Assembly (NCBI GenBank): GCA_027622665.1
Contig: JAQBYT010000001.1
Location: 128,001-192,000, forward strand
Origin: Verrucomicrobiota bacterium
Lineage (GTDB): Bacteria; Verrucomicrobiota; Verrucomicrobiia; Opitutales; Seribacteraceae
Direction of reading: 5' to 3'
Length of the DNA stretch: 64,000 bases
The notes below the pieces were generated by a model. It searched no databases and was not told the origin of the DNA. It saw only the letters and a program-made list of their open reading frames with translations. The position numbers and the translations under genes were made by a program. Every line of letters starts with the position of its first letter. Positions within the stretch are counted from its first letter, which is position 1. Below are positions 32,729 through 40,513 of the stretch, in pieces.

Positions 32729-34360
32729 CTATTTTTGCTTAGGGACAGACCGAGACTTTCCCTTGGCTTTTGATTTCGAAGAAGAAATTTCTTTTTTTGC
32801 AGAAACAGTTGGTTTGCGAGAAGGACTCGATTTAGGTTTTTGGGCAAGTAAATCTTTGGAGGCGGCAGGATCCATAAGAAGAACAGCCATCCGATAGTGA
32901 GCTTCCGAATAGTTGGGATTTATCTTTAGTGCCTCCGAGTAGTGCTTGAACGCATCAGCGTAATTCCGCAACTCGCTGAGCAATAGCCCTAAACGGAAGT
33001 GCGCCTTTGCATACTTTGCGTCAATGTCGATAGCACGACGGAAGTGGTGTTCGGCAATATCCAATTTTGGATCTTTAACCAAGGTAGCATCCGCGGTTAG
33101 CCTTTCACCCCCGGCCTGTATTTTCGCTAACCAGTAGTGACTCTGTGCATGTGTAGGATCGATCTCAATTGCCGTTTCATAGTTGCGTACGGCTTGATCG
33201 TATTCGGCTGGAGTCGTAAGAATGCGTGCAAGATTAAAATAGGCTTCAACATAATTCTGGTCGACGTCCGATGCTTTTTGATAGTGCATCTTGGCCTCGG
33301 TAAGTTCATTGGTGCGTTCAAGATGGCCAGCTAAGTGAAAGTAGGCTAGGGCAAATTCCGGATCGATTTCAAGGGCTCTGTAAAAGTGTTTTTTTGCGGG
33401 TACGGGATCTTCATCCGTAGAGAGCAACCGGGCAAGATGATAGTGAGCGTCCGAGTGCTCGGGATCAAAACCCACCGCTTTTTTAAAATTCTCCAACGCT
33501 TCTTTGTCATTTCCTTCATTGCGAAGAATCAGACCAAGTCGAAAATGGGCAGGAGCATTCTTCTCGTAATGCTTAATGGATTCGATGAAATGCTTTTGGG
33601 CTTGGCCCGAAAGATTTAATTCAACGAGAATATGGGCGAGAAGAAAATGTGCCTTCGAGTATTCCGGATCGATCGATATTGCCTTTTCCAATCTTTCGCG
33701 TGCTTGCTTGAAATCGCCTTCCGCAGAGAGAATCTTTGCTATATTGTAGAGTGCCTTCGGATGGTTTTTTTCAAGCTCCAGAACTCTGATGAAATGATCT
33801 TTGGCTTCAGGCAGATCGGTGGAATCCACGATTACGCCTTCCTTATCCGTAGAGATTCCACCTGAAAGCAGTTTACCCATGTAATACAGGGCGTCGATGA
33901 AGCCCGGACGTATGTCGATGGCGGTTTCAAAATTCTTTCGGGCGTCTTCAAAATCATCCGGGTTGGAGAGCAAGCGAGCTTTATGGTAATAAGCTTCAGC
34001 GTAGTTTTGATCGATTTCCGTTACCTTTTCCAAGTTGTTCTTGGCCTCTTCGACATCTTTTAGCTTAACCAACAGAAGAGCGTAATTAAAGTAGGCGTCG
34101 GCATAGTTGGGATTAATTTCGAGGGCATTAAGAAAATGACTTCTCGATATTTCGTATTCACCTTTGGCAGCGAACGCGACAGCTAGTTCGCACTGGGCTT
34201 CGGCGTAATCGGCACTCAAGGATACGGCTTTTTGAAAATGTCCCCATGCTCCTTCGATGTTTCCTTCGCCTTTTTCAAGAAGACCGAGCTTATAGTATGC
34301 CTCGGCATATTCGGGGTTAATCTCTATTGCTTGTTCTAAGTGTTCACGGGCGGCGTTCAT
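32729..34360 (-). CDS. Tetratricopeptide repeat protein with a basic C-terminal tail
   Basis: About 14 canonical TPR units (AIEINPEYAEAYYKLG...) and a Lys/Ser-rich tail. Confidence 0.93.
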   Translation of the reverse strand: MNAAREHLEQAIEINPEYAEAYYKLGLLEKGEGNIEGAWGHFQKAVSLSADYAEAQCELAVAFAAKGEYEISRSHFLNALEINPNYADAYFNYALLLVKLKDVEEAKNNLEKVTEIDQNYAEAYYHKARLLSNPDDFEDARKNFETAIDIRPGFIDALYYMGKLLSGGISTDKEGVIVDSTDLPEAKDHFIRVLELEKNHPKALYNIAKILSAEGDFKQARERLEKAISIDPEYSKAHFLLAHILVELNLSGQAQKHFIESIKHYEKNAPAHFRLGLILRNEGNDKEALENFKKAVGFDPEHSDAHYHLARLLSTDEDPVPAKKHFYRALEIDPEFALAYFHLAGHLERTNELTEAKMHYQKASDVDQNYVEAYFNLARILTTPAEYDQAVRNYETAIEIDPTHAQSHYWLAKIQAGGERLTADATLVKDPKLDIAEHHFRRAIDIDAKYAKAHFRLGLLLSELRNYADAFKHYSEALKINPNYSEAHYRMAVLLMDPAASKDLLAQKPKSSPSRKPTVSAKKEISSSKSKAKGKSRSVPKQK

Positions 34361-34414
34361 AACGTCGTATCGAAGGCAATGGGTTTTTGAGGCCGACGGA
34401 GTTCGGGTTCGGTC

Positions 34415-36703
34415 TTATTTGGAGGTCATTACCCAAACGCCATCCCAATCACCTTTAGGGGGAGTTTTCTTCATATGAGCGCAACGGTCAATGTAGAGTT
34501 GAGCAGCCTTGTCTTCAGGGTTGATCTTAAGCACATTCTTGAAAAGCTTGGCGCTCTGGTCCCATTTGCCATCGTTCCAGCAACGATGACCATCGTTAAA
34601 GGTGCCGAGGGCATCAACTAGATTTGGGTAGGATTCTTCGTCGTGGTAGTCGAGCACTTCGTACACACCGACCGGCTGGGTCTTGCCCTTGACTATTACA
34701 TAGTCCACCTGCCGAGTCCGATAAGTGGCTTTGACCGCCCTGAGGGTGAACTCACTTATTAGGATATGGGCACCGTATTGCTTGCATGCACTTTCGATAC
34801 GAGCCGCCAAGTTCACTCCGTCACCAATCACAGTGTAGTCCATGCGCTTTGGGGAACCAATGTTTCCGGAAACGATGGAGTCGGTGTTGATACCCATACC
34901 GTGATCAATCGGCAACTTGCCTTCGGCGGCTCGCTGGTCGTTGTAGACCTTCAAGTCGGTCATCATGCGGATGGCGGCCCGCACGGCCCGGTCGGGGTCG
35001 TCGTCGTGAGCAACGGGGGTGCCGAAGATACACATCATCGCGTCGCCAATAAACTTATCGAGCATGCCACCTTCATCGGTGATGCAGTCGACCATGATGG
35101 TGAAGTACTCATTGAGGAGCTTAACCGTACCTTGAGCTCCGAGTTCTTCGGTAATGGTGGTAAAACTGCGTATATCCGAGAAGAGAACCGAGCCAACGCT
35201 CTGCTTTCCGCCGAGAAAATCGTCGCTGTGGCCTCCGTCCATTAACTGATCAGCCAATTCGGGATCCATGTAGCGTGACATGGTAGACTTCATTCGTTTC
35301 TCAGAACTAATGTCTTCGATCATGGCCATCGCCCCGAGCACTTCCTTCTTTTCTCCTAGCAGGGGCATTATGGAGACATTTACAGACAGTTTCTCACCCT
35401 CAATCTGCAGTTCGGCATCAAGAAATTCATCCTTTTCAGTTACATCTTTAAGTTTTTCGGCGAGCCAAGTATTTGAGTTGGTGAAGAAATCGTCTGCACT
35501 TTTGCCTATCACTTCGGAGATGATGGGAACTTTAAAGATGCGCATCCCCGAAAGGTTACAAGTCTTGATTACACCTTCATCGTCTAGGGTAATGACCGCA
35601 TCCTGCATACTCGAAAGAATACTCTCCGAATAATTTTGCTGGGTCTGCACATCGGCGAACAGTTTAGCGTTCTCAATCCCCATAGAAATTTGAGACGTGA
35701 AAGCGGCTAACCGTTTTTCGTCTTCTGAATTGAAGGAACCGCCCCGCTTATTCAGTACTTGGCTAACGCCTATGGTTTTACCTTCTTTATTAAAAACTGG
35801 CATACACAGCATGGAACGCGTAAAGAACCCCGTCTGCTTATCGAAACCAGGATTGAAACGTAGATCTGCATAAGCATGTGGAATGTTCACGGGTTTTGCA
35901 GAATTGAGAACGGTGCCTGCAATACCCATATGATTCGGAAATCGAATCACCGATTTTTCATCCAATCCTTCGCCAACCTCGGTATAGAGCTCGTTTGTTT
36001 TTTCATCATTGATAAAAAGTGTAGCCCTTTCGCAATCAAGCATCTTGGAAATGGTGCATATTATCTTTTGCAATAGGGGAGTGAGCTCCAACTCAGAAGA
36101 TACTTGTGAGACAATGTCGAGAAATTCCAACTCTTGCTTCCGAGCTGCTTCAATTTGCTCAACTATTATGTTTCCCTGAATTGCTATGGCAGCTTGCTCC
36201 GTCATAGCCTCGAGAAGATCGAGGTCGTCCTGAGAGAATTGACCGTCAATTTTGTTGAGAATTTGCGACACGCCAATTTTATCACCACGGACCGTTCGAA
36301 GCGGAGCGCAGAGAATACTTTTCGTTCTAAACCCCGTCCTGACGTCGACGGCTTTGTTGAACCGCTCGTCCTTGTAAGCATCGTGGATGATCACGCCCTG
36401 ATCATGAGAAAAGGCCCAACCGGCAACTCCCTTTGTATTAAGAATACGAATTTCTCGACGGAAGTTCCCTTGAGCCACCCGAGAATACAGCTCGCCCGTG
36501 GCATCGTCATTAAGGAAAATGGTACCTCTCTCGGCTCCAATGGTGGGGGTCGTAATGTTCACCAATGTCTCAAGTGCTTCGTCCAGCGAATTTGTTTGAG
36601 CAAGATCATTAGTAACTTGGAGCAGCATTTTTGCAAATCGCTCCGTTCGTTTTACGCGTGCGGCGCGATCTGCGTCTTTGACCGCTTTACTTTTAGTTTC
36701 CAT
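34415..36703 (-). CDS. GAF-GAF-PAS class III adenylate cyclase (CyaB-like)
   Basis: Two GAF domains with NK..F..D[DE] motifs, a PAS-like segment, catalytic FSDIRSFT, LDKFIGDA, DYTVIGDGVNLAARIE and a C-terminal TPR-like helix pair. Confidence 0.93.
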   Translation of the reverse strand: METKSKAVKDADRAARVKRTERFAKMLLQVTNDLAQTNSLDEALETLVNITTPTIGAERGTIFLNDDATGELYSRVAQGNFRREIRILNTKGVAGWAFSHDQGVIIHDAYKDERFNKAVDVRTGFRTKSILCAPLRTVRGDKIGVSQILNKIDGQFSQDDLDLLEAMTEQAAIAIQGNIIVEQIEAARKQELEFLDIVSQVSSELELTPLLQKIICTISKMLDCERATLFINDEKTNELYTEVGEGLDEKSVIRFPNHMGIAGTVLNSAKPVNIPHAYADLRFNPGFDKQTGFFTRSMLCMPVFNKEGKTIGVSQVLNKRGGSFNSEDEKRLAAFTSQISMGIENAKLFADVQTQQNYSESILSSMQDAVITLDDEGVIKTCNLSGMRIFKVPIISEVIGKSADDFFTNSNTWLAEKLKDVTEKDEFLDAELQIEGEKLSVNVSIMPLLGEKKEVLGAMAMIEDISSEKRMKSTMSRYMDPELADQLMDGGHSDDFLGGKQSVGSVLFSDIRSFTTITEELGAQGTVKLLNEYFTIMVDCITDEGGMLDKFIGDAMMCIFGTPVAHDDDPDRAVRAAIRMMTDLKVYNDQRAAEGKLPIDHGMGINTDSIVSGNIGSPKRMDYTVIGDGVNLAARIESACKQYGAHILISEFTLRAVKATYRTRQVDYVIVKGKTQPVGVYEVLDYHDEESYPNLVDALGTFNDGHRCWNDGKWDQSAKLFKNVLKINPEDKAAQLYIDRCAHMKKTPPKGDWDGVWVMTSK

Positions 36704-38852
36704 GACTCTTTTCTAGTTCATCTCTTAGCTCGACAATGGTTTCTTGCAGTTGCTTGAATTCCATTGTCTTAAGTTGATTTTCCTGCTGAATTTTTTCATC
36801 GTGTAAATTGCCTTTGAGTTCAAGCTCATCTCGAAGCGCATTAACGATGCGTTTAAAGTGAGTAACCTCTCCGTGCTCGGAGGCAACAGCTTTTTGCACC
36901 GCCTCCTCCCGGATAACTTCTGCCCGCTCAAGTTCAAGCCGCAAAGACGCGACGTTCTCTCGAAGGCTTCTCAACTCCGAGGAAGTCTCCGCGATAGCCC
37001 TCTGGACAGATTCTTCACGACCTGATTGTATACGGTCAATTTGATCCCGCAAGGCTCTGGCGGTACTCTTGAGTTGCGTCAGTTCTTTACCTGCCGATGC
37101 AGAAGCCTTCTGAACGGCATCTTCGCGTTCAATGTCTTTACGTTCCAATTCTTCGCGCAATTGAGCTATGTTCACTTTGAGAACACGAGTTTCATTCCCC
37201 CCCCGTACATGAGCTTGCTGAACAGCTGAATCTTTCTCTTGTCCTGCCTGCTCCAACCGGTCTCGTGTAATGGCAAGACTTTCCCGCAATTGGCGAATTT
37301 CAGTAACTGCCGCAGCTTCGACTTGCTGAACGCGGGCGGCTTCTCGTACACTTGCCCCATCCAGCTCCTCCCTTAGAGAGGTGGCGGTGTCCCTCAGCGA
37401 CCTGATCTCTCTTTCCGATGTAGCAACTGCAGATTGTACTCGTTCCTCCTGCCTCGCCTGTGCCTTTTCCAGCTGATCCCTAATGGCCTGAAGTGATTTT
37501 TTGAAATGTTGAACTTCTCCGTGGGCAGTGGCCATCGCTTTTTGCACACTGTCCATTTCGTGAGCCTGAGCATTGTCGAGTTCTTCTCGCAAAGCGGTAC
37601 AAGTGGATTTGAGGGAGCGTATCTCGTTTTCCGCAACGACCACCGCTTTCTGGACTCGACCTTCTTTATTTGCTTTTGATTTCTCCAGTTGGTCTCGCAA
37701 TGCAGAAAGAGAGGCTTTGAGTTGGCGCATCTCGTTATTGTGAGAGGATACTGCCCGCTGAACGGTCTGTGCCTCATTGATGGCGGCTTGCTCAAGTTCG
37801 ACTCGAAGACTAGTTGCTGTTTCTCTTAACGAACGTATTTCGGCCTCGGCGGTGGCAACCGCTCTTTGTATTTTATCCCCCTCTCTGGCTTTAGCTCGTT
37901 CTAGATGTTCGCGAGCAATCAATAAAGCGCTTTTTAATTGTCGAATCTCGTCCCCCGAAGCAGAAATGGCTTTTTGAATACTGTCCGCCTCCCTTGACGC
38001 CGCATAGTCAAGTTCCTGCCTCAAGTTAGTGGCGGTTTCCTTTAATGAACTGATTTCTGTGTTCGCGGTCGCCACTGCCCGCTGAATCCGGTCATCACCA
38101 TCCGCCTTAGAGCGTTCGAGCCTATCTCTAACCACGACAAGGGCACTTTTTAGTTGTCGAATTTCTCCCTCTGCCGCGGAAGAAGCTTTACGAGTAGCCT
38201 CATCTTCTCGAACACGCGATTGCTCAAGTTCCTCTCGCAAAGAGATGAGACTTTCCTTCAGCGAGCGGATTTCGACACCAGCCGTCGCCGTCGTTTTTTG
38301 GACTCTTTCATCTTGCTCTATTTTGGCACGTCCCAATTGTTCACGCAAGGCTTGGGATGTCTCTCGAAGTTGCCGAATTTCATTTTGCGTAGATGAAGCC
38401 GCCTTTTGCAAGGATTCATCTTTGTCTGCACTCGCCCTATCTAACTCTTCCCGAAGTTTTTGCAGGTTGGTCTTTAATTGGCGATTTTCGCCTGCCGACG
38501 AAGCCGTCGCCTTTTGAAGATTTTCTTGTTCTTTGGATTTTGTTCGTTCGAACTGCTCTCGTAATGTAGTGACAGTCTCACGGAGTTGGCGACTTTCTTC
38601 ACGATCAGTTGCTGCGATTTTCTGTCGTTCTCCGTCCAATTCTATGCGACTTTGCTCCAACAGGTCTCGCAGTTCAAGAGCGGTAATCTTGAGTTGGTCG
38701 ATTTCACGCCGAGAATCCATATTTGCTTGCTGCAAACATTCTTCCCGAAAAGCCTCAGCCTTTTCCAATTCATCCCGAAAAGCCAGAATCGTTTGCTTGA
38801 GAAAACGATTCTCCTTTGCCGACAGATGTTCGGTAGATTCTATCTCCGGCAT
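36693..38852 (-). CDS. Long helical/coiled-coil protein with twenty 36-aa repeats
   Basis: Exact 36-residue register, consensus Q[KR]A......EIR[QS]L[KR].....LR[ED].L[ED]; its stop overlaps the cyclase start. ATG at 38852; the track gives 38903. Confidence 0.88.
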   Translation of the reverse strand: MPEIESTEHLSAKENRFLKQTILAFRDELEKAEAFREECLQQANMDSRREIDQLKITALELRDLLEQSRIELDGERQKIAATDREESRQLRETVTTLREQFERTKSKEQENLQKATASSAGENRQLKTNLQKLREELDRASADKDESLQKAASSTQNEIRQLRETSQALREQLGRAKIEQDERVQKTTATAGVEIRSLKESLISLREELEQSRVREDEATRKASSAAEGEIRQLKSALVVVRDRLERSKADGDDRIQRAVATANTEISSLKETATNLRQELDYAASREADSIQKAISASGDEIRQLKSALLIAREHLERAKAREGDKIQRAVATAEAEIRSLRETATSLRVELEQAAINEAQTVQRAVSSHNNEMRQLKASLSALRDQLEKSKANKEGRVQKAVVVAENEIRSLKSTCTALREELDNAQAHEMDSVQKAMATAHGEVQHFKKSLQAIRDQLEKAQARQEERVQSAVATSEREIRSLRDTATSLREELDGASVREAARVQQVEAAAVTEIRQLRESLAITRDRLEQAGQEKDSAVQQAHVRGGNETRVLKVNIAQLREELERKDIEREDAVQKASASAGKELTQLKSTARALRDQIDRIQSGREESVQRAIAETSSELRSLRENVASLRLELERAEVIREEAVQKAVASEHGEVTHFKRIVNALRDELELKGNLHDEKIQQENQLKTMEFKQLQETIVELRDELEKSHGN

Positions 38853-39022
38853 CAGCAATTGGGTTTGCCTTGATACAAGCACATGGGGAAAGTGATTAGA
38901 CAACTAGAACTTACCGTCAAGTTTGTAAAGATTAATATTGACTCATGCATTTAGGGTTGCCTACACACGATTTCTTTCAGTAATTCAATCCATGTGCTCC
39001 TCTCCCCTAGAGTCACGCTCCA

Positions 39023-40384
39023 ATGAAAGCTCGCGATAACACTCCCTTTGCCTGTACCTTCTTAGCACTGGTTTTTTTCCTTGTTTCCTGTGGAGATGAT
39101 CATGCTGGCGACAATCACTCCAGTTCAGGTCACGATAGTGACTCACATGAACCCAAGTCTCAAGAAAATCTGCTCGCCATGCTTGAAGATACCGATTCCC
39201 CTCATGGCGAGACTAGTGTTCATGCGCCCATTTCCGACAAACATGAAACCACAGAATCCGTCGGTCATACGTCATCGAGTTCTCCAGACGACCTGGAAGC
39301 TCTTTTAGGCGGTGCCCCTCCAGTGGCAGGTGAGCCTGCTCATGGAGCAGAGAGCAACAATCTCGGACAACTGATAAAGCCGACAAGCGCAGCCACACAT
39401 ACGGAGGCCACGAAAGGTTTATATCCTTCCCTTGATCAGGATCTTGAAGATTTGCTTTCAAAGCTCAACAACAGTAAATTGGCTTTTGAAGAACAAATTG
39501 GCACACTGGATAAAATGGTCGAGCAACGGGATGACAGGATCAACAGCCTCAAGCTCATTAATCAGCAATTACGCGACGAATTAAACCGTCTTAGGAAAAC
39601 TAGTCCCGGAGAATCGGGAAACCTGCCTATAAATGGTGAAATTCAAGTCTTAAGTGATGATCTACTCAAATTAAAGAATACCTTTACGCTTAAAGTAAAA
39701 GAACTTGATGAACTTCGTGAATATAACAAAGAACTACTCAACAGGCTCGACAATTCAGAACCAGCGGTAAAAAGAAACATTGCTTCCTCACCGCCTGCCA
39801 ATGTCAACCCTACCGGAGAGCCAACAAATGTTGCAACTCCTGACGATAGCCTCGACAAATTGCTGCCCGACCTGCCAGTAGTTGCTCCCCGCTATAGTTC
39901 AGGGAAGGCGTTGCCCATGTCACTACCAACAGGATCTCTCGATTTCGATGCCGTAGTTACGGCCGCAAACGGCAAGATCAAAGAAGCCTTTTATACTGAA
40001 TTTTTCATAGCGAAATCCGATTTGCGCGAAATTCTTGAGAACGCCGGCATCAATCTAGGTAATCCCAAATACAAGAATATTTCATCTCATGCAGAGCTTT
40101 GGGCTCAAAGTCGCAAATATCCTTTTCGTTACCCTGACCTTCAAAAGAAAATACGAAAGGCTCTGCTTGACTCCATCGATGACGAGAAAGATCCAGGTCG
40201 CCGTATCCGCACGGATATTGACGGAAACTCGGGTGCAATCCGCACTCTTACAGCTGGCGGTTACTATATTATAGGCACAGCCTCGCTTGGGCAGGTGGGG
40301 GTAACTTGGTCGGTACCCGTTAAGGTGAAATCTGGACGCAATAAGGTTTCTCTTACGATTGCAAATGCATCGTGGAGTCTCTAA
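39023..40384 (+). CDS. Hypothetical lipoprotein (His-rich linker, coiled coil, C-terminal beta-rich domain)
   Basis: Lipobox FLVS-C, a His/Ser/Asp-rich segment, central heptad region and a beta-strand-rich C-terminus. Confidence 0.8.
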   Translation: MKARDNTPFACTFLALVFFLVSCGDDHAGDNHSSSGHDSDSHEPKSQENLLAMLEDTDSPHGETSVHAPISDKHETTESVGHTSSSSPDDLEALLGGAPPVAGEPAHGAESNNLGQLIKPTSAATHTEATKGLYPSLDQDLEDLLSKLNNSKLAFEEQIGTLDKMVEQRDDRINSLKLINQQLRDELNRLRKTSPGESGNLPINGEIQVLSDDLLKLKNTFTLKVKELDELREYNKELLNRLDNSEPAVKRNIASSPPANVNPTGEPTNVATPDDSLDKLLPDLPVVAPRYSSGKALPMSLPTGSLDFDAVVTAANGKIKEAFYTEFFIAKSDLREILENAGINLGNPKYKNISSHAELWAQSRKYPFRYPDLQKKIRKALLDSIDDEKDPGRRIRTDIDGNSGAIRTLTAGGYYIIGTASLGQVGVTWSVPVKVKSGRNKVSLTIANASWSL

Positions 40385-40513
40385 TCATCGTGTTGTAGCT
40401 GGATCTTGCCTTATGAAATTAGATGTTGCACACTCTGTCGAAACCTCCTCTAACTTCGGCATATTCTTCTCACTAGCCTCATTTTGCGGCACAACCCTTC
40501 TCCTTACTTTGCC

